Notes under the pieces: model-generated
Told to the model about the DNA's origin: nothing
The model's database searches: none
The model's input: only the letters and a program-made list of their open reading frames with translations
In this document: piece by piece, positions 18,458-27,567 of the stretch
Numbering within the stretch: the first letter of the stretch is position 1
Layout: each line of letters opens with the position of its first letter
Program-made: the position numbers and the translations under genes
NCBI GenBank assembly: GCA_036676985.1
Contig: JAKFBU010000062.1
Location: forward strand, 1 to 42,081
Length of the DNA: 42,081 bases
Direction of reading: 5' to 3'
Origin: Candidatus Sericytochromatia bacterium
Lineage (GTDB): Bacteria; Cyanobacteriota; Sericytochromatia; S15B-MN24; UBA4093

Positions 18458-19851
18458 GCGCGCAGCACTCCTTCCAGGGCGGTGATGATCCGCTCCACGT
18501 CCCCCTCGAGCAGCGTGCGCGGGTCCAGGAGGACGGCGTCGTGCTCGATGCGCGTGACCACGGGCGGGTCCGCGCGGCGCAGGCGATCGGCCAGGGACTG
18601 GGCGTCCATGTGCCGGGGCCGCAGGGAGACGAGCACGGTCGGGATCAAGGTGGCGGGCAGGGAGCCTCCGCCCACCTGGGACTGGCCCTCGGGCATGGTC
18701 ACGGTCAGCTCCTCGCCGAACTGCTGACGCAGGGGCGCTGCCAGCTGCTCGGCGTCCTTGCGCAGGTCCTCGATCCGGCGCGTGAGCATGCGCAGGGTGG
18801 GAATCTCGGTCATGGCGCGCTTGGGGTCCAGGTAGGCCCTGAGCGTCTGCTCGAGGCCCGCGAGCGTCACCTTGTCCTGCCGGAGGGCGCGCAGCATGTG
18901 GTTCTTCTTGAGGCGGGCGATGAGCTCCCGCTTGCCCACGATGATGCCGGACTGGGGACCGCCCAGGAGCTTGTCGCCGCTGAACGTCACCAGATCGATA
19001 CCCGCCTTGACCGTCTCCTGGACCGTCGGCTCCTTGGGAAGGCCGTAGGCGGAGAGGTCCACGAGCACGCCGCTGCCCAGGTCCTCGACCGACAGGACGT
19101 CGTGGCGCTGGGCGATCGCGGCCATCTCCTCGGGCGCGACCTCCGCGGTGAAGCCGACGATGCGGTAGTTGGAGGTGTGGCAGCGCATGAGCATGGCCGT
19201 CTCGGGGCTGATGGCGCGCTCGTAGTCCTCCGGGTGGGTCTTGTTGGTGGTGCCCACCTCGACGAGCCGAGCACCCGAGGCCGTGAGCACCTCCGGAATC
19301 CGGAACGAGCCGCCGATCTCGATGAGCTGACCGCGCGAGACGACGACCTCGCGGCCGCGCGCGAAGGTGTCCACCACCAGGAGCACGGCCGCCGCGTTGT
19401 TGTTGACGATGACGGCGGCCTCGGCGCCCGTCAGGCGGCAGAGGAGCTCCTCGACGTGGGCGTAGCGCGAGCCGCGCTTGCCCGTCTCGAGGTCGAACTC
19501 CAGGTTGGAGTAAGCGCAGGCGATCTCGGCGAGCGGCTCCAGGAGCTGCGGAGCGAGGGGGGCCCGACCGAGGTTGGTGTTGAGCACCACGCCCGTCGCG
19601 TTCACGACGCGGCGCAGGTTGGCGCGCGTCTCCGCGCGCAGCAGCTCGAGGGCCCGCTCGATCACGGACTCGGCCGTGGGCGGCTCGCCGCCGGCGCGGA
19701 CGGCGTCGCGCGCCTCGGACAGGACCCGCTGCAGGGCGGCGACGATGCGCGCATGGTCGTAGCGGGCCATGGCCTCGACGACGGGCGGGGCGTTGAGCAG
19801 GGAGCTCACCGAGGGCAGGGCCCTCAGACGGAGGTTCAAATCATTGGTCAT
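18454..19851 (-). CDS. selA: L-seryl-tRNA(Sec) selenium transferase
   Basis: LRALPSV, VVNATGVVLNTNLGRA, VNNNAAA, EIGGSFRIP, FSGDKLLGGPQ (PLP Lys). ATGA overlap with selB. Confidence 0.97.
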
Positions 19852-19983
19852 GGCACAAGTTTACCGGAGGGGCCTGACACTCCGCCAGCGGCGTCATTCC
19901 GAGGCGGCCTTTGGGTATAAGCTCCTTTGACGGCGCACAGCCCCTGACTGCAGGGGTCCCTGCGCGCCCCCGATGGAAGCACC

Positions 19984-20922
19984 ATGGCCACGATTCTCAT
20001 CGCCGACGAGTCCCGTCTGCTGCAACGCAACCTGACCATGACCCTCCAGCGCGCCGGCTACGACCTGCTGCTGGCAAGTGACGGCTATGAGGTGCTCGCG
20101 ACCTGCTCCCGGCAGACGCCGGACCTCATCCTCATGGAGTGCGGCATGGAGCGCATGGCCGGCGTCGAGGCCGCGCGCGTCATCCGGACCAACCCGAACA
20201 CGCAGCACCTGCCCATCGTGCTCATGTCGAGCGAGGATCGCGAGCTGCGCAACGCGCGCTTCGTGGGAGCGAACGACACCATCCTCAAGCCCATCGAGAC
20301 CAAGGAGCTCTTGACCAAGGTCAACCGCCTCCTGGCGCCATCGCCCGAGGCGGACCGACCGATCGCCCTGTTGCTCGGGCCCGAGCCCATCCGGACCAAC
20401 GTCATCCGCCTCTTGGGCTCGAGGCAGGTCGCGCTGCCGCCCATGCCCGTGGAGCTCAAGCCGCAGCAGGCCCTCGAGATCGAGTACGACGCGCCGGGCG
20501 GGGTGAAGATCAAGCGGGATGCGACGGTCCACAGCCTCATGGACGACGGGGTGGTCCTCAGCCTGGGCAGCAGCGTCAACGTCGAGCAGCGCCGCCGGCA
20601 CTTCCGCAAGGCCGTCGAGATTCCCGTGCGTTACCGCCTGCCGGGTGACTTCTTCCGGCTCGGCCAGACGCTCGACATCAGCGGCGGCGGCATGCGGCTC
20701 TCGGGCGTGGGGGGATCCCCGGAGACGGGCCTCACGCTGGACTTCCAGCTGGTGCTGGATCCGTCCATGTTCATCACGGTCCAGGGCATCATCCGGCGGC
20801 TGATCCCCACCGACCACGGGCGCTTCGAGGTCGGCGTCGAGTTCCTCGCCATCGACCCCAAGGTCCAGCAGGAGCTGACCATGTTCCTGTTCGCGGGCGC
20901 CCCGAACCAGGTCACCACCTGA
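19984..20922 (+). CDS. Receiver-like domain + PilZ domain protein
   Basis: ILIADES...DLILME...LPIVLMS...KP REC fold. PilZ QRRRHFR and DISGGG motifs. Confidence 0.85.
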   Translation: MATILIADESRLLQRNLTMTLQRAGYDLLLASDGYEVLATCSRQTPDLILMECGMERMAGVEAARVIRTNPNTQHLPIVLMSSEDRELRNARFVGANDTILKPIETKELLTKVNRLLAPSPEADRPIALLLGPEPIRTNVIRLLGSRQVALPPMPVELKPQQALEIEYDAPGGVKIKRDATVHSLMDDGVVLSLGSSVNVEQRRRHFRKAVEIPVRYRLPGDFFRLGQTLDISGGGMRLSGVGGSPETGLTLDFQLVLDPSMFITVQGIIRRLIPTDHGRFEVGVEFLAIDPKVQQELTMFLFAGAPNQVTT

Positions 20923-20934
20923 TAGAATCGGATC

Positions 20935-21282
20935 ATGCTGATTGACGTTCTGGCGTACATCGCCGATCACCAAGGGGCTCCTGTCACCGAGATCAAGAAG
21001 CGCTTCGGCCTCTCCTCGGATCTCGCGGCCAACCTGCTCATCCAGCTCGAGGACGCGGGCTACCTGCACGAGCAGGTGCTCGAGGCGTGCCACCACATGG
21101 ACGAGCACGGCAACCCCGTCTCGAGCGGCTGCGGCAGCTCGGGCTGCAGCACGGGCGGGTGCAGCTCGTCATGCGCGGTGGGCGAGGCCTTCGAGCGTGG
21201 CTGCTGCGGCATGAACAGCCCCTATAGGGTCACGGAGCGGGGCATGGAGTTCCTCGCGCGGATGCGGGCGCTCGCGGGATAA
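20935..21282 (+). CDS. FeoC-like winged-helix protein with Cys-rich wing
   Basis: wHTH (LAYIADH..EIKKRFGLSSDLAANLLIQLEDAGYL), then CHH..GCGSSGCSTGGCSSSC..CC, then YRVTERG. Confidence 0.6.
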   Translation: MLIDVLAYIADHQGAPVTEIKKRFGLSSDLAANLLIQLEDAGYLHEQVLEACHHMDEHGNPVSSGCGSSGCSTGGCSSSCAVGEAFERGCCGMNSPYRVTERGMEFLARMRALAG

Positions 21283-21286
21283 GGAA

Positions 21287-21319
21287 CCGTTCGCCCTTCG
21301 AGAGCCTCAGGGTGAACGG
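21287..21319. repeat. REP-like palindromic element
   Basis: ccgttcgcccttcgagagcctcagggtgaacgg. An inverted copy with 1 mismatch lies at 27321-27353. Confidence 0.75.
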
Positions 21320-21355
21320 TCTTAGTGTGGGCTGTAGCTCTTTATCAGGGCCGAA

Positions 21356-23485
21356 CTAGCGCTTCCCGTACAGCATCTGATAGGTCCACAGGTTGCCGTA
21401 GACCTTCTTCACGTAGTGACGCGTCTCGGGGTAGGGGATGAGCTCCACCCAGACGTCCACGTCCTCGCTGCCGTTCTTCGCGATCCACTTCTTCACGGCG
21501 TTCGGGCCCGCGTTGTAGGCCGCCACCGCGAAGACCGGGCGGTTGTCGAGCTGCTTCTGCACGAAGCCCAGGTAGTACGCCCCCAGCTTCAAGTTCCAGA
21601 ACGGGTCCGTGAGGTGCCGGACCGGGCCCGGCACCTTGCGCGCCACCCAGTCGGCCGTGAAGGGCATGAGCTGCGCGAGGCCGAGCGCTCCCACCCATGA
21701 GCGCGCCTTGGGATCGAACAGGCTCTCCTGCTTGACCAGGGACGTCATGAGCAGGGGGTCGATGCCCTGCGGCTCGGTCGCCGCCTGCATCAGGGGATAG
21801 AAGCCGAGCGGGTAGCTCAGGAACGGGTCCGTGCCCTCGGAAAGCTTGATGGCCTCGCTGTAACGGCCGCCCTGCAGGGCGAGCCAGCTGCGGAGGTTGT
21901 CGGAGAGGTCGGACTTGCGAGCCAGGCGCAGGGCCGGCTCCACCTGACCGAGGTACAAGAGCTCCTTGACCGATGCCGGGAAGCCCGCGATCTGACGCAG
22001 GTACTGCGCCGTGCGGGCCTCAGGCTGCACGGCCTTGGGGTCCAGCAAAGTCGAGAGGTCGTCGGGCGTGCTCGCCACGTCCACCGGCCGGACGTCGAAG
22101 CCCGGATCGTCCTGGCCGGCCTCGATGGCCTGCAGGCGGTGGTGCGATCGCCAGCCGTAGTACGACCGCGGGCTGCGGCGCAGCACCTCGCGGTAGATGG
22201 AGGCGGCCGCCTGGTACTTGCCCTCGCGCTCCTGGAAGCGCGCGAGCCAGTAGGCCCCCGACGGGCCCTGTACCTTGACCAGCACCTCGTAGCCCATGCT
22301 CGCGGCCCAGCGCTTGGCCTCGGCGAGATTGCCCGCCTGGTAGGCACGCCAGATGAAGCGCCAGCGGGCCTCCGTGGCCTCCTCCGAGTCGTCGTAGCGC
22401 GCGATGAGGCGCTTGTCGATCGTAACGGCGTTCGCCTCGTCGTCGACCCGACGATACGCCCGGCTGAGGCGATCCAGGGCCTCCAGGCCGTCCTCTCCTT
22501 GATCCGCGGCCGCCTGGCGGTAGAAGTTGGCCGCCGCCTTGGTATCCTTGCGCTTCTCGGCCATCTGAGCGAGCACGATGTAGCCCCGGGCCCTCAGGCC
22601 GGCATCCTTGGCCATGGCCTGGCGGATGAGCTTCTCGCCGCCCTTGGCGTCCCCCAGGCGCCAGGTGGCGCGCCCCTGGCGAAAGAGAGCGAGCGGTGAG
22701 CCGAGCCCCTTGACCATGGTCAGGGCGGGGCCGTACTCGGCGGCCTCCAGGAGGTCGCCCGCGAGATCCAGGCGCTCGCCGGCGGTGAGGCCCGGCAGCT
22801 TCGCGAGCTCGCGCGCCACGCCGAAGCGGTACGTCCCATTCGGGTAGCGGGAGCGGTAGGCCCGCAGGTTGGCACGGCGCTCCGCATCCGAGCCTTCGGT
22901 CCCGAGCAGGTACAGGGCGCGCTCGACGAGCGGATCACTGGGGGCAGACTTCACCAATTGGCGCAAGTATTGCAGGCCCGCGGCCGGGCGGGTGGGCAGC
23001 GTCATCTCGCCCAGCGCGAGGAGCGCCTCGGTCGCGAGCGGCCCACGGGCGTGATCCCGCACCAGGCGCGCAAAGGCTCGCTCGGCAATCCCTGCATCCG
23101 ACGACTTGAGGGCCCGAGCGCTCGCCAAAAGGGCCCAGTCGGGGGCGGAGCGGTCCTCGGCGATCGCCTTCCAGCGGGCCTCGGTCTGGGGGCGGCGTCC
23201 CGCCCGATCCAGGCAGTCCAGCCACGCCACGCGCGCGCGCAGCCCCCAGGTCCCCTGGAACCGGTTGGCCATGGGCTCGAAGCGGTCGGCGAGCTCCGCC
23301 CAACCCTGCTCCGCGCCCCCCGCAAGGAGCGTGCGATAGGCCTGCATGGTCCGCTCGAAGTCGCGCCGCGCGGCCTGATCCGGCTCGGCCTGGCCGAAGA
23401 AGGCCGCTGCTGGCAACGGAGACGGGGCGGGCCCGGCCAAGAGCAGGGTCGAGGCCAGGACGAAGGAGGAAATCAGTCGCTTCAC
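21356..23485 (-). CDS. Soluble lytic transglycosylase with TPR-like repeats
   Basis: GTG start overlapping the suhB stop, signal peptide, SLT motifs KQES, GALGLAQLMPFTA, AAYNAG, IPYPETRHYVKKV. Confidence 0.9.
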   Translation of the reverse strand: MKRLISSFVLASTLLLAGPAPSPLPAAAFFGQAEPDQAARRDFERTMQAYRTLLAGGAEQGWAELADRFEPMANRFQGTWGLRARVAWLDCLDRAGRRPQTEARWKAIAEDRSAPDWALLASARALKSSDAGIAERAFARLVRDHARGPLATEALLALGEMTLPTRPAAGLQYLRQLVKSAPSDPLVERALYLLGTEGSDAERRANLRAYRSRYPNGTYRFGVARELAKLPGLTAGERLDLAGDLLEAAEYGPALTMVKGLGSPLALFRQGRATWRLGDAKGGEKLIRQAMAKDAGLRARGYIVLAQMAEKRKDTKAAANFYRQAAADQGEDGLEALDRLSRAYRRVDDEANAVTIDKRLIARYDDSEEATEARWRFIWRAYQAGNLAEAKRWAASMGYEVLVKVQGPSGAYWLARFQEREGKYQAAASIYREVLRRSPRSYYGWRSHHRLQAIEAGQDDPGFDVRPVDVASTPDDLSTLLDPKAVQPEARTAQYLRQIAGFPASVKELLYLGQVEPALRLARKSDLSDNLRSWLALQGGRYSEAIKLSEGTDPFLSYPLGFYPLMQAATEPQGIDPLLMTSLVKQESLFDPKARSWVGALGLAQLMPFTADWVARKVPGPVRHLTDPFWNLKLGAYYLGFVQKQLDNRPVFAVAAYNAGPNAVKKWIAKNGSEDVDVWVELIPYPETRHYVKKVYGNLWTYQMLYGKR

Positions 23486-24267
23486 TAGTCTTCTCCGTCG
23501 GATTCCGCGAGCACGCCCCTCATGGCCTCGTGCAGCCGGCCATTGGATGCCAACAACTTCTTGCCATAGACGTCGAAGGCTTGGCCCCGGTAGTCGCTCA
23601 TGCGGCCACCGGCCTCTTCGACGATGAGGGAGCCCGCGGCCACGTCCCATGCCGAGAGGCCCGCCTCCCAGAAACCGTCATACCGTCCGCAGGCGACATG
23701 GCATAGGTCCAGGGCGGCCGAACCCGCTCTCCGCACCGCCTGGCACAGGAGGAGGAAGGCCTTGAAGTGCTCGAGGTTCGAGCCCTTCTGGATGACGCTG
23801 TAGGGAAAGCCCGTGGTCAACAGCGAGCGGCGCAGCTCGTCGACCGAGGAGACGCGGATGGGCACGCCGTTGAGGGTCGCTCCCTGGCCCCGCTCGGCGC
23901 TGAACAGCTCGTCGAGCACGGGGTTGTAGACGGCACCCACGATGATCCGGCCCTCACATTCGAGGCCCACCGAGACGCAGTAGTACGGAAAGCCGTGCGC
24001 GTAGTTGGTGGTGCCGTCCACCGGATCCAGGAGCCAGCGGTAGGCCGAGCCCGAAGTCGTGAGGCCCTCCTCCTCGCCCAGGATCTCGTGGTCCGGGAAG
24101 GCCTCGGCGATCCGCCCGCGCATGTAGGCCTCGGAGGCGCGATCCACCTCGGTGACGAGGTCGATCTCCCCCTTGTACTCGATCCGGAGGGTGGTGCCTT
24201 GGTGCTCGCGCAGGATGCGCCCGGCACCGACGGCAAGGGATTCGGCAAACGCACGATAATTCTGCAT
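23485..24267 (-). CDS. suhB: Inositol monophosphatase
   Basis: DLVTEVD, GEE, WLLDPVDGTTNYAHG, GSAALDL, WDVAAG. Confidence 0.92.
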   Translation of the reverse strand: MQNYRAFAESLAVGAGRILREHQGTTLRIEYKGEIDLVTEVDRASEAYMRGRIAEAFPDHEILGEEEGLTTSGSAYRWLLDPVDGTTNYAHGFPYYCVSVGLECEGRIIVGAVYNPVLDELFSAERGQGATLNGVPIRVSSVDELRRSLLTTGFPYSVIQKGSNLEHFKAFLLLCQAVRRAGSAALDLCHVACGRYDGFWEAGLSAWDVAAGSLIVEEAGGRMSDYRGQAFDVYGKKLLASNGRLHEAMRGVLAESDGED

Positions 24268-24382
24268 GCGGTCATGCTAGCATATCCCGGCCCGGGAAGG
24301 GGCGTCGCCGCCCACTTCTTGGGTCCCTTCGGAGCGATTCGGGGCTCCATCGGGGTACAAAGCGATCGACTGGAGGTCCATC

Positions 24383-25198
24383 GTGCTCCCCATCCTGTTG
24401 CTCGCCCTCAGCGCCACCCCCTCGGCACCCGCCCCGGCGTCACCCGCGCCTGCGGCCGTCGCGGCGGCCGAGGAGTTCGCCGTCGACGTCACCGAGCAGG
24501 TGCGCACCGCCCGCGGCGTCCGCCTCGGCCTCGCCGTCACCAACCGGACGGGCGCCACCAAGCTCTTCGTGCACCTCGAGCCCAACGAGTCCGACGCCAA
24601 GACCGTGCTCTTCATGCCGAGCGCCCAGCGGGACCGCATGACCTTTTACCTGACGAGCGACGGCTCCGAGCTCTACCAGGCCACCCTGCTCTTTCCCGTG
24701 GACGCGGCGGCCACCTCGGCGGTGGTGGTGGTCGGCGAGGCCGTCACGCCTTACCGTCAGGCCGGACGGGTGCTGGACCTGACGCAGTCGGTGGCCCCGC
24801 CCGCACCGGCCGCCGCTGACCCGACGCCCGCCCCGGAGGTCGCCGCGAAGCCCGGCGAGCGAGTGATGGCCCGCTACAAGCCGCCCGTGAGTGCGCTGGG
24901 CGAGGTCCTGCTCAAGGACGGCACCGCGGGCCCCGACGGCCGGGGCTGGACCCGCGTCTATACGGACCTGCCGGACGTGAGCCTGGATCAGGTGGCCCTC
25001 GCCATCCAGAAGCCCAACCAGATCTGGAGCGGGCCGGGCGGCATGCTCTTCATCGCCAAGACGAACAAGGCCCAGGCGATCGCCCTGGAGGTCCGCGACT
25101 CCGAGGTCGTCTCGGCGCGCTTCCTGACCAAGGAGAGCTTCCCGCGCTCGGTGGGGCCGGGCACGAGCTATCCGAAGCGCATCTACGTGGGGCGCTAG
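24383..25198 (+). CDS. Hypothetical secreted protein
   Basis: GGAGG RBS + GTG, hydrophobic N-terminus, Pro/Ala linkers, host-like codon usage. Confidence 0.65.
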   Translation: MLPILLLALSATPSAPAPASPAPAAVAAAEEFAVDVTEQVRTARGVRLGLAVTNRTGATKLFVHLEPNESDAKTVLFMPSAQRDRMTFYLTSDGSELYQATLLFPVDAAATSAVVVVGEAVTPYRQAGRVLDLTQSVAPPAPAAADPTPAPEVAAKPGERVMARYKPPVSALGEVLLKDGTAGPDGRGWTRVYTDLPDVSLDQVALAIQKPNQIWSGPGGMLFIAKTNKAQAIALEVRDSEVVSARFLTKESFPRSVGPGTSYPKRIYVGR

Positions 25199-25200
25199 CG

Positions 25201-25248
25201 CCTCTAAGACGAAAGGCGAGCCCGCGGGCTCGCCTTTCGTCTTAGAGG
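25201..25248. terminator. Bidirectional terminator (perfect 48-bp palindrome)
   Basis: cctctaagacgaaaggcgagcccg|cgggctcgcctttcgtcttagagg between convergent genes. Confidence 0.8.
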
Positions 25249-26258
25249 GACCGTCCCAGAGCCTGGGCGCTCGCCCGCATGCCCGCCATCAGCTCCTCGA
25301 ACTGGTTCGGGTACAGGCTCTGCATCCCGTCGCTCTTGGCCTCCTGGGGGTTGCGGTGCACCTCGACCATGATGCCGTCGGCGCCGGCGGCGATCGCCCC
25401 GCGAGCGACCGGCCCCACCAGCTCGCGGCGGCCGGTGCCGTGGGAGGGGTCACCCACCACCGGCAGGTGCGAGAGCTGCTTGATGACGGGGATGGCGTTG
25501 AGGTCGAACATGTTGCGGGTGTACTCTTCGAAGCTGCGCACGCCGCGCTCGCACATGATGACCTGGGAGTTGCCCTCGGCGAGGAGGTACTCGGCCGCGA
25601 GCAGCCACTCCTTGAGGGTCGCGGACGGGCCGCGCTTGAGCATGACGGGCTTCTTGGCCCGGCCGGCCCGGCGCAGGAGGGCGAAGTTCTGCATGTTGCG
25701 GGCGCCCAGCTGGATGATGTCCGCATACTCCTCGACCATCTCGAGGCTCTCCATGTCGATGGCCTCGGTGATGATGGCGAGGCCGTAGGCCTCGCGGGCC
25801 TTGGCGAGGAGCTTGAGGCCCTCGAGACCCATGCCCTGGAAGGAGTAGGGGCTGGTGCGGGGCTTGAAGGCGCCGCCTCTCAGCACCCGGGCGCCGGCCT
25901 TGGCGACGGCCTCGGCGGTCTCCATGAGCTGGGCCTCGCTCTCGACGCCGCAGGGGCCGGCCATCACGACCACGTCGGAGCCGCCGATGGCCACGCCGTT
26001 GGGCAGGGTGATGACGGTGTCGTGGGCCTGCCACTCGCGGCTGACGAGCTTGTAGGGGGCCGAGACGTGGATGACCTCCTTGACGCCGGGCAGTCCCTCG
26101 ACGGTGCTGGAGTCGACGCGGCGGTCGTTGCCGACGACGCCGATGGCGGTGCGGTGCTCGCTGGGGATGGGGCGGGCCTCGAAGCCCATGGCCTGGATCG
26201 CGGCGATCACGCGCTCGATGTCGGCTGGTTGGGCGTCATGGGCCATGAGAACTAGCAT
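25242..26258 (-). CDS. aroF: 3-deoxy-7-phosphoheptulonate (DAHP) synthase, type I-beta with N-terminal regulatory domain
   Basis: AGPCGVES, RGGAFKPRTSPYSFQG, QLGARNMQNF, LKRG, CERG, DPSH. Confidence 0.93.
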   Translation of the reverse strand: MLVLMAHDAQPADIERVIAAIQAMGFEARPIPSEHRTAIGVVGNDRRVDSSTVEGLPGVKEVIHVSAPYKLVSREWQAHDTVITLPNGVAIGGSDVVVMAGPCGVESEAQLMETAEAVAKAGARVLRGGAFKPRTSPYSFQGMGLEGLKLLAKAREAYGLAIITEAIDMESLEMVEEYADIIQLGARNMQNFALLRRAGRAKKPVMLKRGPSATLKEWLLAAEYLLAEGNSQVIMCERGVRSFEEYTRNMFDLNAIPVIKQLSHLPVVGDPSHGTGRRELVGPVARGAIAAGADGIMVEVHRNPQEAKSDGMQSLYPNQFEELMAGMRASAQALGRSL

Positions 26259-26371
26259 TGGGCAGGCTCCTTGCTGGGTAACGGGTCGACCTGATCTATA
26301 CCCGAAGGCCGTGGCGGGTACAAGCATTTAGGAAGCGGGCAGGGTCCCGCAAAGGGAGGAAATCGACAGCC

Positions 26372-27235
26372 ATGGCGCGCATTTTCGTGGGCATGCCCGT
26401 GATCGGGGGCTATTATCCCCAGATGGTCTCCAGCCTCTTGCGGCTCATGCAGGAGAATCCGGGCAATCACCAGTTCGTCTTCAAGACCTACTTCAACGAG
26501 TCGATGATCTCGCGGGCGCGCAGCAAGCTGGCCACCGAGTTCCTGGCGTCCGACTGCGACTATCTGCTCTTCATCGACGCCGACCTGGAGTTTCCGGCCG
26601 ATGCGGTCGATCGCTTGATCCGGCATGACCGGGACTTCGTGGCGGCGCCCTACAGCATCAAGAACCTCCCGGCCCGGTGGGCGCTCGCGTTCGGCGATGA
26701 GCAGCCGACCTACGTGGAGGGGCTCTTGAAGGTCCGGACCGTGCCGGCGGGCTTCACGCTCGTGAAGCGCGGGGTCTTCGAGGCGCTGGTGAGCCCGGAG
26801 CTGACGTTCCAGGAGGAAGGGGACGATACGTCGTACTATGCCTTCTATCTGCCGTTTCTCCACGAGTCCGAGAACGGTCGTCGGGTGTTCCTCTCGGAGG
26901 ACTTCGCGTTTTGCCAGCGGGTGCGCGACAAGGGCTTCGAGATCTACTGCGACTTCGACGTGCGGCTGAGCCACTGGGGGACGTACCGGTACCAGGTGGC
27001 GGAGGTGGACGGCAAGCTGCCGAGTCACCCGATGTTGCCCGCGGTGAGCGAGTTCGGGTCCATGACGGCCACGGTGGCGGGGCTCATGGAGCAGCCCGGC
27101 GTGGGCGCGGACCAGGACTACGCGGCGTTGCTGCAGAACATGATGAGCTCGTTCTCGGAGGTCGGCAGCATGTTGCAGGATTTGGTGGCGGGCAAGGAGC
27201 AGCCCGCGGCCGAGCCCGGCAAGGGCGAAGGCTGA
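26372..27235 (+). CDS. GT-A fold glycosyltransferase-like protein
   Basis: ESMISRARSKL, LLFIDAD (DxD), GFTLVKRGVFE, LSEDFAFCQR...GFEIYCD...LSHWG. Confidence 0.75.
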   Translation: MARIFVGMPVIGGYYPQMVSSLLRLMQENPGNHQFVFKTYFNESMISRARSKLATEFLASDCDYLLFIDADLEFPADAVDRLIRHDRDFVAAPYSIKNLPARWALAFGDEQPTYVEGLLKVRTVPAGFTLVKRGVFEALVSPELTFQEEGDDTSYYAFYLPFLHESENGRRVFLSEDFAFCQRVRDKGFEIYCDFDVRLSHWGTYRYQVAEVDGKLPSHPMLPAVSEFGSMTATVAGLMEQPGVGADQDYAALLQNMMSSFSEVGSMLQDLVAGKEQPAAEPGKGEG

Positions 27236-27243
27236 TCAACTCG

Positions 27244-27271
27244 ACGCCCCCCGATCTGGGGGGCGTTTCTT
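27244..27271 (+). terminator. Intrinsic terminator after glycosyltransferase
   Basis: acgcccccc/ggggggcgt stem + ttctt. Confidence 0.6.
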
Positions 27272-27306
27272 AATTTGCCCATTCAGAAGAATGTAATAGC
27301 CTTACT

Positions 27307-27367
27307 GCCCCACAACAATCCCGTTCACCCTGAGGCCCTCGAAGGGCGAACGGTTTTGTTGTGGGGC
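27307..27367. repeat. REP-like palindrome with extended inverted flanks
   Basis: gccccacaacaa-[ccgttcaccctgaggccctcgaagggcgaacgg]-ttgttgtggggc. Confidence 0.7.
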
Positions 27368-27500
27368 TCACTTAAGGGCTGCGCCCGACTTCTCACCTAC
27401 ACTCTGGGGGGCACTTAAGGGCTACGCCCGACTTCTCACCTACTCTCTGGGGGTCACTTGAGGGCTGCGCCCTTCTTCTCACCCGCACTCTGGGGCTCGC
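27362..27500. repeat. 43-bp tandem repeat, 3 copies plus partial
   Basis: Unit tgggg(ct/gg/gt)cactt(a/g)agggct(g/a)cgccc(ga/tt)cttctcacc..c(a/t)ctc starting at 27362, 27405, 27448 (partial at 27491). No unique spacers. Confidence 0.85.
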
Positions 27501-27525
27501 TCCTCGCATCCCACTCCCGCGCAGC

Positions 27526-27553
27526 AAAAAGCCCCGGCCTGGCGGCCGGGGCT
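27526..27553 (-). terminator. Terminator after IscA-family gene
   Basis: agccccggcc/ggccggggct stem + U-tract on the minus strand. Confidence 0.75.
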
Positions 27554-27567
27554 CCGTCGTTCTGGGC

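Noticed and set aside
27362-27500. Possible CRISPR array
   Set aside because: Units are contiguous with no unique spacers, and there are no cas genes.
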